A DNA stretch of 63,134 nt, counting the filler, from Chloroflexota bacterium (lineage in GTDB: Bacteria; Chloroflexota; Chloroflexia; QHBQ01): assembly GCA_043754535.1 (NCBI GenBank). It is 5 parts of 5 records of this genome, joined end to end, with 100 filler letters (N's around TTAATTAATTAA, not from the genome) between each part and the next. Parts side by side here need not be neighbours in the genome. Positions count along the whole stretch, not along the records: positions 1 to 27,457 come from JAYUUN010000108.1; positions 27,558 to 36,532 come from JAYUUN010000109.1; 3 more parts are not named here. One strand, written 5' to 3'. Shown here in pieces: positions 21,381 to 32,231 of the stretch; position 1 is the stretch's first letter, and every line of letters starts with the position of its first letter. The position numbers and the translations under genes are program-made. The notes below the pieces were generated by a model. It searched no databases, was not told the origin of the DNA, and saw nothing but the letters and a program-made list of their open reading frames with translations.

Positions 21381-22208
21381 ATGGCAGAGCAGGCGAGTAG
21401 CAACCCATACATCTTTGGCGACCCAGAGCAGGATCGCTTGCGGTTGGAGACGCAGACCAAGCTGATCAGCAACTATGTGAAGAAGCACGCGCACGAGTTC
21501 TGTGGCACAGCGGTGCGCTCGATCCTCGACCTGGGCTGCGGGGAGGGGCAACTTGGTTTCGCCTTGCTAGATATGTACCCTGATGCTACCCTGGTGGGGA
21601 TTGACCGCGACCAGCGGGCGATTGAGGGGGCGCGGCAGCGGGCGGCAGCGGGCGGCTACCAGGCTGAGTTCATCCTGGGCGATGTGCAGGATGAGCTACC
21701 AGCGGGGCCGTTCGACTTGGTGTTTAGCTCGTTCCTGCTGATGCACACTATCCACCCAGAGCGGGTGCTGAGCCAGGCGTACAGCAGGCTAAACAGCGGC
21801 GGCGGACTGTGGGTGATTGACATGGCCTCTGACCCGGCCAGCACGACTGAGGAGCCAACCTTCAAGCAGCTACTTGCGATGCTCGTTGTCGCGCTAGAAC
21901 GGATGGGGGTGCATCCGCATATCATGGACGAACTGCCGGGCCTGCTCAAGGATAGCGGCTTTGAGGGGGCAAGCCGACGCGAGGCGCAGGACGATCATCC
22001 CTTCTTGCCAAACAACAGCACCGAGGCTACCTATGTCACTGCCCTGAGCATTGGCGGCATCTACAGTGCGCGGGTGGGTCTGGCAAAAGCGAACGGGGTG
22101 CCGCTAGAACAGATCGAGCAGATGTTGGTGAGGTTGATGAACAAAGGAACGGGTGCGGTTGTCTTTAGCGACTCGCCCTGTGGGGTGGTGACTGCGCGCA
22201 AGCCTTAG
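21381..22208 (+). CDS. Class I SAM-dependent methyltransferase, tandem paralog 1
   Basis: ILDLGCGEG, GID, FDLV motifs; N-terminal EQDRLRLET. Confidence 0.88.
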   Translation: MAEQASSNPYIFGDPEQDRLRLETQTKLISNYVKKHAHEFCGTAVRSILDLGCGEGQLGFALLDMYPDATLVGIDRDQRAIEGARQRAAAGGYQAEFILGDVQDELPAGPFDLVFSSFLLMHTIHPERVLSQAYSRLNSGGGLWVIDMASDPASTTEEPTFKQLLAMLVVALERMGVHPHIMDELPGLLKDSGFEGASRREAQDDHPFLPNNSTEATYVTALSIGGIYSARVGLAKANGVPLEQIEQMLVRLMNKGTGAVVFSDSPCGVVTARKP

Positions 22209-22224
22209 AGAGCAAGGAGAAACT

Positions 22225-23052
22225 ATGGCAGAACAGACAAGTAGCAACCCATACATCTTTGACGACCCAGAGCAGGATCGCTTGCGGTTGGAGACACAGA
22301 CCAGGCTGATCAGCAACTATCTGATTCGCCACATCAGGGGGTTTGCGGGAGATAATGTACGGGCGATCCTCGACCTCGGCTGTGGTAGTGGGCAACTGGG
22401 CTTCCGTATGTTGGAGGTCTACCCTGGCGCACAATTGATAGGCATTGACCGCAACCCAGTAGCCATCCAGAATGCGGCTATGACTGCTAGCCAACACAAG
22501 CTGAACGCCAGCTTCAGCAGTGGCGACATCCAGGTGGAGCTACCGCCTGGCTCTTTTGACCTGGCTCTCGCTTCGCTAGTGTTGCTGCACACCCAGCGGC
22601 CCGACATGGCTCTCAAACGCGTCTACGAGCGGCTGAGCAGCGGTGGCACTCTTTGCGTGATTGAGCTGCGTCAATTGCCTTCAGTTAATGATGACCAGAA
22701 CTATGATCGGATCAACGGGCTGCTCTTTACTACGCTGGGCCGGATAGGGTCGCACCCGAACATCGTGGAGGAACTGCCTGGCCTGGTGGCGGGGGCGGGT
22801 TTCGTTGACTACCAGCGACGCGAGAGCGAGAGCGACCATCCGTTGTTCACCCACAACGAGAATGATATGCGCTATGCCTTTGCTGCTGGGGTAGGGGCTA
22901 TGTACAACGCTCGGCAAGGGATTGCTGCTGCGACTGGCACGCCACTGGCCGAGGTCGAGCGGATGATTGTTGGGGTGATGAACACTATGAGCCGCACAAC
23001 TGACTTCAAGGTGCCACCTATCTTTGCCGTTGCTACTGCACGTAAGCCTTAA
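22225..23052 (+). CDS. Class I SAM-dependent methyltransferase, tandem paralog 2
   Basis: ILDLGCGSG, GID, FDLA motifs; same length and same ends as paralog 1. Confidence 0.88.
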   Translation: MAEQTSSNPYIFDDPEQDRLRLETQTRLISNYLIRHIRGFAGDNVRAILDLGCGSGQLGFRMLEVYPGAQLIGIDRNPVAIQNAAMTASQHKLNASFSSGDIQVELPPGSFDLALASLVLLHTQRPDMALKRVYERLSSGGTLCVIELRQLPSVNDDQNYDRINGLLFTTLGRIGSHPNIVEELPGLVAGAGFVDYQRRESESDHPLFTHNENDMRYAFAAGVGAMYNARQGIAAATGTPLAEVERMIVGVMNTMSRTTDFKVPPIFAVATARKP

Positions 23053-23095
23053 CCACCCCACCTTTCTCCTGATATGGAGAGAGGAGTAGGATAAG

Positions 23096-23815
23096 ATGGC
23101 CCTACTGGAACTGGCGGTTGCCAAGTGCAACAAGTACGCTACCCGCGAGAGCGGTGACACAGTTGAGATAATCGAGTCGCCGTTGGGTGGTTTCGTTGTG
23201 CTGCTGGCGGATGGGCAGGGCAGCGGCGGCCCGGCCAAGCTCTTGAGCCAGCAGGCGGTGGGCAAGGCGATTGCGTTGCTGAAGGATGGTGCGCCGCTGG
23301 ATGTGGTCGCCCGCCTGGTTCACGCCCAACTCTACCTCTATCGCGGCGGCAAGGTTAGCGTAACGCTGATCCTGATTGCGGTGGAGGCGAGTGGTAGGAT
23401 GGCACAGATTTCGCGTAGTGGCGATGCGCCTGCTGTGCTGGTCAACGCAGATGGGGTTACCCGCCTGCTGGACGACTATGCTGCTACGCTGGGGGTGGGC
23501 CAGAGCGCGCCTGCCTCCTTCACTGAGGTGCCGCTGACCTCTGGCAGCTACCTGGTGGCCTACAGTGATGGGCTGCTGCACGCGGGCGCAAAGTTCGAGC
23601 AGCGGCTCAACCTACCGCCACTGGTTGCGAGCTATACTGCCGCGCAGCCCTCGGCTGAAGTACTGGCTGACCGTCTGCTGCAACTGGCGGTGGAGCGGGA
23701 TCGCGGCTTCCCGGCGGACGACATGAGCGTAGCGGTTGTACACCTGACAGCCAGCCCAACTGGCCCCGGCCCCCTAACGCGTCGAATGCTGACTAGCGTG
23801 CCGCTAGCCGAATAA
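23096..23815 (+). CDS. PP2C/SpoIIE-family protein phosphatase
   Basis: ESGD, LADGQGSG, YSDGL and DDMSV metal-binding motifs. Confidence 0.88.
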   Translation: MALLELAVAKCNKYATRESGDTVEIIESPLGGFVVLLADGQGSGGPAKLLSQQAVGKAIALLKDGAPLDVVARLVHAQLYLYRGGKVSVTLILIAVEASGRMAQISRSGDAPAVLVNADGVTRLLDDYAATLGVGQSAPASFTEVPLTSGSYLVAYSDGLLHAGAKFEQRLNLPPLVASYTAAQPSAEVLADRLLQLAVERDRGFPADDMSVAVVHLTASPTGPGPLTRRMLTSVPLAE

Positions 23816-23854
23816 AAAAAGAACTCCCCTCTAGCTTGCGTGAGGGGAGAGGGG

Positions 23855-24271
23855 TTATATCTCGATGCCGTAAGCGGCTTTTTGCTGTGACCGCTTGCGC
23901 CGCACTTCGACGAGCAGGCGCAGGCGGGCGGGTAGCTCTGGCAGGCCGGGGTCTTTGACCATGTAATCGTCGGCTCCAGCTCGAAGCGCATCCATCTTCT
24001 CTTTGAGGTTGATGCGCCCGGTGAGCATGAGGATCACGGCGGTGGGTAGCTGTTCGCGCAGGAGCTTGATCGCGCTAGTGCCGTCCATGCCTGGCATATT
24101 CGCGTCCACGGTCACAATATCGGGCTTGAGGTCGGAGACTTGAGCGACAGCCTCCTCACCGCTGTTGACGACAACTACCTCGAAGTGGGCAGCTTGAAGC
24201 CGCCCGCGGATCGCCTCGGCGACCAGGCTGGAGTCGTCAATCACCAGTACCCGCAACTGTTCTACCGCCAC
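23855..24271 (-). CDS. Single-domain response regulator (receiver)
   Basis: VLVIDDS, DANMPGMDG, MLTG, GADDYMVK; GTG start inferred. Confidence 0.85.
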   Translation of the reverse strand: MAVEQLRVLVIDDSSLVAEAIRGRLQAAHFEVVVVNSGEEAVAQVSDLKPDIVTVDANMPGMDGTSAIKLLREQLPTAVILMLTGRINLKEKMDALRAGADDYMVKDPGLPELPARLRLLVEVRRKRSQQKAAYGIEI

Positions 24272-24526
24272 TACAAACCCCCTTGGCGCAGGCCAGACTG
24301 CCCGTGCGCTCTTATTATAGCAGCTAAAGCGGGTTAGCGTCAAGTGATGGAGTGGAGGCAAGGTGTCGCAGAGCCAGCTACATTCGTCCAACTAGGGAAT
24401 GTTGTATAAAGTTTAGCCAAGCCTTCTTTCTGGATTCGATGTTCGATGTGGAACTTTTTGGTGGGGGCAGCGTTATGTCTTTGTGGTACCTATACTGAAC
24501 GATGTAGACGAAAGGACGAGACACAC

Positions 24527-25270
24527 ATGGAGACGAGTAATCGGGTGAAGAAGATGACGATGCCACTAGCGATGCTGGCGGTAGCGGTAGTGGCTCTGGC
24601 TGTGCTGTTCCAGGGGTTCGGGGCGAACCCAGTGGCGGCGCAGGTAGCGGCTCAGGCGCAAATGCAGACGATCACGGTCAACGCAGTAGGAGAGGCGACG
24701 GCCAAGCCGGACATGGCGACGATCAGCGTCGGGGTAGTGGGTGACGGCCCAACGGCGAAGGCGGCTTTGGACGCGCACAGCGCACAGGTTGTGGCGGTGA
24801 TGGCGAAGCTGAAGGAACTGAAGATCGCGGATAGCAGCGTGCAGACGGTGGGTTTTGGTCTTTACCAGAACTATGACAAGGAGGGGGTGGCTTCTAGTTA
24901 CAAGGCTAGTAGCAACCTGGATGTGAAGGTGCAGGACATTAATCGCACGGGCGAAATCCTGGACGCATTGGTGGGCGCAGGGGCGAACAGTGCAGGTGGG
25001 ATCACTTTCGGCCTGAAGGATGACAAGGCTCTGCAAGCTCAGGCTTTGACTACAGCAGTAACCAATGCCCGCCCGAAGGCAGATGCTATCGCCAAGCAAC
25101 TGGGGGTACGGATTACAGGGGTCAGCAGCGTGGTTGAGGGTAGCTATGGCGACGCAACACCAATGGCTAGCAAGGTGGCAATAATGGATGCGGCTGGCAA
25201 TGTGCCAATCGCGCAAGGCGAGTTGAGCGTGCAGTCTTACGTAACGATAGTATTCACCTACAGCAAGTAG
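24527..25270 (+). CDS. SIMPL (DUF541) domain secreted protein
   Basis: Signal peptide; ITV-x-AVGE...PDMATISVGV, GEILDALVGAGAN, ARPKADAIA pattern. Confidence 0.85.
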   Translation: METSNRVKKMTMPLAMLAVAVVALAVLFQGFGANPVAAQVAAQAQMQTITVNAVGEATAKPDMATISVGVVGDGPTAKAALDAHSAQVVAVMAKLKELKIADSSVQTVGFGLYQNYDKEGVASSYKASSNLDVKVQDINRTGEILDALVGAGANSAGGITFGLKDDKALQAQALTTAVTNARPKADAIAKQLGVRITGVSSVVEGSYGDATPMASKVAIMDAAGNVPIAQGELSVQSYVTIVFTYSK

Positions 25271-25316
25271 GATGGCAGGGGATTGGTATCTTCTGGACGA
25301 TCCCCTTATGACGTGA

Positions 25317-25354
25317 GGGAGCCGCCAGCCTGGAGACAGGTGGGCGGCTCTTTT
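25317..25354. terminator. Terminator hairpin between convergent genes
   Basis: GAGCCGCC...GGCGGCTC stem followed by TTTT. Confidence 0.6.
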
Positions 25355-25389
25355 GTGCTAGGTGGTCTAGGAACATAAGCTCCTAACTG

Positions 25390-26325
25390 CTAGATACCAG
25401 CCAACAGGTCAGTCTCTGGGTGGCTGTCGGAGGAGCGAATGATGTTGCCGCTAGGGTCGGCGTGGCTGAAGATTTCCTCGGTATAGATTTGACGACCAAT
25501 TTCGGGGGTGACGTAGCGGAAGGGAAGGTCTTTGGCTAGTTGGCTGCGGTGGGATTGGATGGCCTGTACCTTTTGGTCGGTGAAGTTAGCGGTGTCGATC
25601 ACAGTGGTGATGTCTTCTTCAGGACTGCCAAGTGGTGCGCCAGCGGGTGCTGCGTCACCGCCGACGCGCACGTCACCTTCACCGGGATTGCGGCCAGCGG
25701 CGAAGTCAGCAGCCATGCCGACGGCTGGTACGCCGAGTTCGATTGCACGCTGCATAATTTGCAGCATACGGGGCATGGAGAGGGCGAGAAAGTAGAGCTT
25801 CTGCGGCTGGTATGGTTCATCGTCGCCAAACTTGAGCGGGTCGGCAGCGTCTTGGAAGGCGGCAACGGCGGCCTTGCCGATGGTCACATGGTCGGGATGA
25901 CCGTAGACACCCTCTTTACCGAAGGTGATCACTACGTCGGGCCGATAGCGACGGTAGAGAGCGACGACCTTTGCCTCTAGCTCGGTGAAGTTAGCAGCAG
26001 CCACCTGGCCGTCTATGTAGTCGAGGAAGATGACTTCTTTGGCCCCAACAGCGGCAGCGGCGTTGCGTAGCTCCTGCTCACGAGCCTGGCCGAGAGTAGC
26101 GGGAGTCGCGTCACTGAGGTCGCTAATCTGCCCGACTTCACCACGAGTGGCGCAGACCATGACCAGTTCGGCTCCGCCAGCGACGTACTTGGCGAGGGTG
26201 GCGGATGCGCCGAAGGTTTCGTCGTCCGGGTGAGCCAGCACGGTCATCAGGCGACGACCAGCGTAGGGCTGGCTAGGGGATGTGTCATCCACTGGATTGT
26301 GCCTCCATCTATTTATTGTTGACAT
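25390..26325 (-). CDS. PIG-L/MshB-family deacetylase
   Basis: AHPDDE, TRGE, GVYGHPDH and HRSQ motifs. Confidence 0.9.
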   Translation of the reverse strand: MSTINRWRHNPVDDTSPSQPYAGRRLMTVLAHPDDETFGASATLAKYVAGGAELVMVCATRGEVGQISDLSDATPATLGQAREQELRNAAAAVGAKEVIFLDYIDGQVAAANFTELEAKVVALYRRYRPDVVITFGKEGVYGHPDHVTIGKAAVAAFQDAADPLKFGDDEPYQPQKLYFLALSMPRMLQIMQRAIELGVPAVGMAADFAAGRNPGEGDVRVGGDAAPAGAPLGSPEEDITTVIDTANFTDQKVQAIQSHRSQLAKDLPFRYVTPEIGRQIYTEEIFSHADPSGNIIRSSDSHPETDLLAGI

Positions 26326-26499
26326 TATAGCACATTTGCCGGTGGGTGGGATGAGTCTAGGAGCTTGGTAGTAAGCTACTGTACTAATAGGTTAGCTTGT
26401 TGGCTGAGGCCCGACTAGTAATCGGCGTTGTAACCTTGCTCAAGGGACTGTTCTATGTTATGCTTCAGTAATCTAGCATCAAGAGAACAAGGAGACAAC

Positions 26500-27457
26500 A
26501 TGACTGCCAGCGAACATGGAGCGGTAGAGCAAAGCAAGGTCAAGGTGACAATGCTCGGCAACGGCATGATGGTAATCACCAAAGAGGTACGTAGTGCGCC
26601 GGTGGTGAGCTTCTGGGTCTGGTACCGGGTGGGTGGGCGCAACGAGGTGACAGGTATCACCGGTGTGTCACACTGGGCTGAACACATGATGTTCAAGGGG
26701 ACAGAGAAGCTGAAGAAGGGGGATATCATGCGCCTCCTGAGCAAGAATGGTGCGAGTTACAATGCTACTACGTGGGTCGACTACACCAACTACTTCGAGA
26801 CGCTGCCAAGTGACCGCTACGAACTGGCCTTGCAGATCGAGAGCGACCGAATGGTGAACTCGCGGTTTGAGGCAGAGGAGGTAGCCAGCGAGCGGAGCGT
26901 GATCATCAGCGAGCGCGAGGGTGGTGAGAACTTCCCTGGCCGCATCCTGAATGAGGAGGTGACGGCTCTGGCCTACAAGGTACACCCCTACCATCATGGT
27001 ACCATTGGTTGGAAGAGCGACTTGCGGGTAATTACCCGTGAGGACCTCTACAAGCATTACAAGACGTTCTACACGCCGAACAACGCCTTCATTGTCGCAG
27101 TAGGTGACTTCGATACAGATGAGATGGTTGGCAAGATCACGGAGTATTTTGGTAGCATTCCGCCTGGTGAGGAGCCGCCGACTGTGCGCGGAGTGGAGCC
27201 AGAGCAGGATGGTGAGCGGCGCACATACATCGAGCGGCCAGGGCAGGCGGCCTATATCGAGATGGCCTACCACGCAGTTGAGGCTAGCCACCCGGATATG
27301 CCTGCGCTGGCGGTACTAGAGTCGGTGCTGAGTGGGGCTGGCGGTGGCTTCGGACGTAGCGCACGGATGTATAAGGCGTTGGTAGACAGCCAACTGGCCG
27401 TCTCTGCCGGTGCAGACTTTACCCTCAACCGCGACCCTGGGCTGTTCGAGTTCAGTG
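26500..27457 (+). CDS. M16 (pitrilysin) zinc peptidase, 3' end cut by the contig break
   Basis: Inverted zinc motif HWAEHMMFKGT, NATT, YHHGTIGW. Confidence 0.9.
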
Positions 27458-27557
27458 NNNNNNNNNNNNNNNNNNNNNNNNNNNNNNNNNNNNNNNNNNN
27501 NTTAATTAATTAANNNNNNNNNNNNNNNNNNNNNNNNNNNNNNNNNNNNNNNNNNNN
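27458..27557. other. Artificial contig linker
   Basis: 100 nt of N around TTAATTAATTAA (stop codons in all frames). Confidence 0.98.
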
Positions 27558-30094
27558 GCCGCCGTCGCCTGGTGGATGTCCAGGCCAGTACTGAAGGCTT
27601 CGACCATCGTTGGTTCCTGGCTGAGGGCCGCGAGGATGCGAAGCTCGATCTGCGAGTAGTCGACACTGATCAGCACGCTAGGCCGCTGCACCAGTGGGTT
27701 GGCCGAAAAGTTGTCGGCAATGAAGGCCTCGCGTACCTGGCGGCCAATGTCGGTTCGCACTGGGATGTTCTGCAAGTTCGGGTTGCTGCTCGATAGGCGA
27801 CCAGTGCGGGCCACTGTCTGGTTGAAGTTGGTATGTACCCGCCCATCACGCGGGTTGATCAGGTCGGGCAAGCTGTCTACATATGTTCCCTTCAGCTTGC
27901 TGAGGCTGCGGTGGTCGCTGACCAGGGCGACGACGGGGTGGAGGTCGCTCAACTTCTCCAAAGCGTCACGGTCGGTGGAGAAGCCAGTGGCGGTAGACTT
28001 GATCGGCGGCAGCCTCAACTCCTCGAATAGTACCTTCTGCAACTGCTGTGGCGAGGTCAGCTTGAACTCGTGACCGACCATCTTGTAGACCTGCTGCTCG
28101 ACCGAATGCAGTTCCTTGTCTAGCTCGGCAGAGAGCGTATTGAGGGCGGGTACGTCAATAGCGATCCCGGCCTGCTCCATGCTGACCAGTACTGGGACCA
28201 GTGGCATCTCAATATCCTTGAAGATGTCCCACACCCCGTGAATCTCCATCTCTGGCTGGAAGATTTCGTAGAGCCGCTGGGTCATGTCGCTGTCAGCCCC
28301 AGAGTAGGCGGTGGCAGTGCGGATCGGTACGTAGTCGAAGGTTATCTGATCCTTGCCACGCTTGCCGATTAGTTGCTCAATGTAGGTCATCTCTACGCCC
28401 AGGCGGGTGAAAGCCAGCCCCTTGAGCGTAGTGTCGTTCTCGCCCAGCAGGTAGGCGGCGATCTGCGTGTCATAGGCGGCATTACGCACCACATAGTCTG
28501 CCCCCTCCAATACCTCAAGGTCAAACTTGGCATTGTGGAAGCCCTTCGCTACGCTCTCATCGGCCAGCAGCGGGCCGAGTAGCTCCTTGACCTCCTCTGG
28601 CCTAAGTTGATCCCCCTGCCGCTCCCCATCCTCGCGCTGGCGGTGGTCAACCGGGATGTAGTACGCCTGCTCCGGGCTGATCGCCAGCGAGATACCGACT
28701 AGGCGTGCCAGCAGTGCCTCCTGGCTGTCGGTCTCGGTGTCCAGCGCGAAGCCATTGGCGGCGGCGCGCAATTCGCCCACCAGCTTCTCTAGCTGCGCCC
28801 GCGTGCTGATCGTCTGGTACTTCTCCTCGGCTAGCGAAGTAGAGTTTGCCTCGGCGATGGCGGCCAGCGTCACCTGGCGGGCCTGGCGGATCAGGTTGAG
28901 GACTGCTACCCCGTTGGCAATCAGCGGTGTAGCCTCGAACTCGGCACCGCCCTCCTGCACAGCATAGCGTAGCGGCGGTACAACCACGCTGACTTCAGCG
29001 AAGGAGTAGTCTTCCTCGCGCAAGGGGGCGCGCTCATCCTGGGCGGCAGCAAGGCGGGCAGCGGCCATGTGGCGCGGGCCACCCCCCTGCGTCTGCGCCT
29101 CACGCAGGATCACGCTGGCACTCTCACCCTCCTCACTGCTCTCCTGCGCGTCGGCGGTGGCTGCGCTCTCAGGGATTGGCAGCTTGCTTAGGAGGCTGCG
29201 GAACTCCAGTTCGCGGAACAGGCTGACTACCTTGCCACGGTCGAAGTCGGCGGTGCGTGCCTCGTCCAGGTTGAGGGTGATCGGCACATCGCAGACGATA
29301 GTGGTCAGCATCTTGTTCTGCTCGGCCTGTGCCGCATGATCACGTAGTATCTTCTGGATACGATCCGGCTTCACCTCGTCCAGATGCTCATAAATCTGGG
29401 CAACAGTGCCGTACTTCTGGATCAGCGTGGTCGCAGTCTTCTCGCCGATACCTGGCAGCTTGGGGATGTTGTCCGAGGTATCACCAGTCAGGGCTTTGTA
29501 GTCGGCGACGAAAGGAGGCTGGAAGCCGTAGCGTTCAACCGTCGCCGCCACATCGTAGAGGCGAGGGTCGCCGAAGCGACCGTAGCCGCCGGGGGTGATC
29601 ACGTACACATCGTCGCGCACCAGTTGCAGGGTGTCGGTGTCGCCAGTAACGATCAGGGTTAGTACCCCCAGCTTGCGCGCCTGCTCGGCCAGCGTGCCGA
29701 TCACGTCGTCGGCTTCGAAGCCAGGGACGCGATAGATGGGGATGTTAAAAGCCTCCACCACCTGCTCTACGCGGGCGATCTGGTCGCGCAGATCGTCGGG
29801 CATGGCGGCCCGCGTCCCCTTGTATTCGGCAAACGCGTCGTGGCGGAAGGTGCGGCCCATATCGAAGGCCATCGCCACGTACTCTGGCTGATCCCGGCGC
29901 AGCACCTCAAGCAACATCTGGGTGAAGCCGAACACGGCGTTAGTCGCCTCCCCCCGCGATGTGACCATTGCGGGCGGCAGCGCATGATATGCCCGATAGA
30001 TCAGGGCGTAGGCATCCACCAGCACAAACTTGGACTTGTTGCTCGTATCGGTGATCGAAACCACAGCAGTGACCCTCTTTTCTTGTTCCCTCAT
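27558..30094 (-). CDS. polA: DNA polymerase I, C-terminus cut by the contig break
   Basis: 5'-3' exonuclease (YRAYHA, EADDVIGT, TGD), 3'-5' exonuclease (DTET, HNAKFD), TGRLSSSNPNLQNIP, DYSQIELRILA. Confidence 0.97.
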
Positions 30095-30265
30095 CTTGCG
30101 TTTTGGCTAGTACCATTATACCATCCTCTCGCGATCAGCGGGGCAGACTTCGGCTACCTTTCGAGTTCTCGCGCCATATAAGGTGGCTAGAAGGTAACAG
30201 CATAGGCCATCTCAGCCAGAGGTAGCGCATACGACCCGGCCAAAGTCTGACCCTACCCCACCAAA

Positions 30266-30294
30266 TTGACTCCCCGCCCCCAGCGTGCTATAAT
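30266..30294 (+). promoter_or_regulatory. Sigma70-type promoter of the gcv leader
   Basis: TTGACT, 17 nt, TATAAT with an extended TG. Confidence 0.75.
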
Positions 30295-30305
30295 GCCAGC
30301 ATCAC

Positions 30306-30480
30306 GAGCGCGGGAGAGCGCGGCGGGCTGATCCCCGACCGCCGCCGAAGGGGCAAACCTGGCAGGGCTGGGCGAAACTCTCAGGCAAACAGACTGCGCC
30401 GCTTGTACCCCTCTGGAGAGACCAACGCAACGAGCCTACTACACTGCGATCCCAGGCTGCGTTCCTTTGCTTGACAGAGT
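30306..30480 (+). ncRNA. Glycine riboswitch (one intact aptamer plus degenerate second aptamer)
   Basis: GGAGAG...CGCCGAAGGGGCAA...AAACTCTCAGGCAAA aptamer core upstream of gcvT; second unit keeps only CTCTGGAGAG (30411) and GACAGAG (30473). Confidence 0.9.
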
Positions 30481-30512
30481 GAGCCGCCTGGCTTACTCTG
30501 TCATTTTTATTT
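30472..30512 (+). terminator. Riboswitch expression-platform terminator
   Basis: TGACAGAGTGAGC...GCTTACTCTGTCA stem followed by TTTTTATTT. Confidence 0.8.
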
Positions 30513-30530
30513 GCAAGGAGGTATAACCCT

Positions 30531-31625
30531 TTGACCCTCAAGCGTACACCGCTGTACGACGCGCACATCAAGTTGGGCGCACGGATGGTGGATTTCGGCG
30601 GCTGGGAGATGCCAGTGCAGTACCCTGGTGGGATCATCAAGGAGCATGAGGCTACCCGCTCTGGGGCTGGGCTGTTCGACATTAGCCACATGGGTGAGTA
30701 CATCGTGCGTGGCAAGGATGCGCTCGCTTTGCTCAACTATGCTACCACCAACGACCTCAGCAAAATCGTCCCCTACCAGGCTCAGTACAACTTCTTTGTC
30801 TCGCCCAGCGGTGATACCATTGATGATACGATCATCTTCCGCTTCCCCGACTACTACTACGTGGTCGTCAACGGCGCAACGATTGATAGCGACTTCGCCT
30901 GGTTGCAAGAGCTAGCCCGCCGCTTTGACGACGTGCAGATGGAGAATGTCTCCGACGCGACCGCTAAGATCGACGTGCAGGGGCCGAATGCTGACCGCAT
31001 GGTGCAGGCGATCACTGATGCCGACCTCAAGCCCGTCACCTTCTACCGCTTCACCACCGGCACCCTCGCTGGTATCCCCAACGCGATCATCTCGCGCACC
31101 GGCTACACGGGTGAGGATGGCTTCGAGTTGTTCGTCCCCGCCAACCGGGCCGAAGACCTCTGGAACGCATTGATCGCGGCGGGGGCCGTCCCCGCTGGCC
31201 TGGGCGCACGCGATACCCTGCGCATGGAAGCGGGCCTACCCTTGCGCGGCTCTGACCTGGGTGAGCATGGCCGTAATCCGCTGGAGGGCGGCTTTGGCTG
31301 GGCCGTCAAGTTGCAGAAGGGCGACTTCGTGGGCCGCGAGGCTTTGCTGCCACTGAAGGAGAACCCAACCAAGAAGTGGGTGATGTTCGAGGTGACAGGG
31401 CGTGGTGTGGCCCGTCCGCACTACCCCATCGCCAACAGTGCCGGTGAGGTGATCGGCGAAGTGACCAGTGGTACCTTTGCCCCTACCCTCAACAAGAACA
31501 TAGGCATGGGCTGGGTCAAGCCAGAGTATGCCCAACCCGACACTGAGATCGCGGTGATCATCCGCGAGAAGCCAGTAGCCGCCGTCGTCCGCCAACGCCC
31601 GATGTACAAGCGCAGCCAGCAGTAG
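30531..31625 (+). CDS. gcvT: Glycine cleavage aminomethyltransferase T
   Basis: [44 protein letters not shown]. Confidence 0.96.
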   Translation: MTLKRTPLYDAHIKLGARMVDFGGWEMPVQYPGGIIKEHEATRSGAGLFDISHMGEYIVRGKDALALLNYATTNDLSKIVPYQAQYNFFVSPSGDTIDDTIIFRFPDYYYVVVNGATIDSDFAWLQELARRFDDVQMENVSDATAKIDVQGPNADRMVQAITDADLKPVTFYRFTTGTLAGIPNAIISRTGYTGEDGFELFVPANRAEDLWNALIAAGAVPAGLGARDTLRMEAGLPLRGSDLGEHGRNPLEGGFGWAVKLQKGDFVGREALLPLKENPTKKWVMFEVTGRGVARPHYPIANSAGEVIGEVTSGTFAPTLNKNIGMGWVKPEYAQPDTEIAVIIREKPVAAVVRQRPMYKRSQQ

Positions 31626-31689
31626 CCGAGGGCTGGTCGTTGCCCTGGTTCATCACACGGCTCATCACACTTTGGAAGGAGAGGTTGAG

Positions 31690-32079
31690 ATGCCCAACAA
31701 TCCTAAGGAATACAAGTACAGCAAGGATCATGAGTGGCTCCGCATCGAGGACGACGGCACTACCACCGTCGGGATTACCACCTACGCCGTCGAACACCTG
31801 GGCGACATGGTGTTTGTTGATCTCAACGAGGCGGGTGGCACAATCAAGCAGAACGACTCGGCTGGCACGTTGGAAAGCGTCAAGGCGGCTGCTGACCTCT
31901 TTACCCCCATCGGCGGCGAGATCATCGCCCGCAATGACGCAGTGATCGACGACCCTGCCGCCCTCAACCAGGATGCCTTCGCCGCCTGGCTGATCAAGGT
32001 CAGGCCCGACAACCTGGAGGCTGACCTTGCCAGCTTGATGAGCAGCGACGAGTACGACGACTATGAGGCTTCGCAGTAG
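31690..32079 (+). CDS. gcvH: Glycine cleavage H protein
   Basis: YSKDHEW and lipoyl motif ESVKAA. Confidence 0.96.
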   Translation: MPNNPKEYKYSKDHEWLRIEDDGTTTVGITTYAVEHLGDMVFVDLNEAGGTIKQNDSAGTLESVKAAADLFTPIGGEIIARNDAVIDDPAALNQDAFAAWLIKVRPDNLEADLASLMSSDEYDDYEASQ

Positions 32080-32106
32080 CAGGCGGGTGCTGAGGGCTAG
32101 CTTGGC

Positions 32107-32139
32107 GTTGACCTTCTGTTGACCTTCTGTTGACCTTCT
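32107..32139 (+). repeat. Intergenic tandem repeat, 3 x 11 bp
   Basis: GTTGACCTTCT three times in exact tandem. Confidence 0.95.
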
Positions 32140-32231
32140 ACTGAAGGAAAGGCAGAATGGCTGGCCCTCATTACTGATCATTCATCACTGATCCTGATCA
32201 ATTCTAGAGATACAGGGAGAAACCCAAAGCT

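Noticed and set aside
28820..29180. PolA insertion as an intein
   Set aside because: No terminal His-Asn followed by Cys/Ser/Thr, no homing endonuclease motifs, and it lies in an inter-domain linker.
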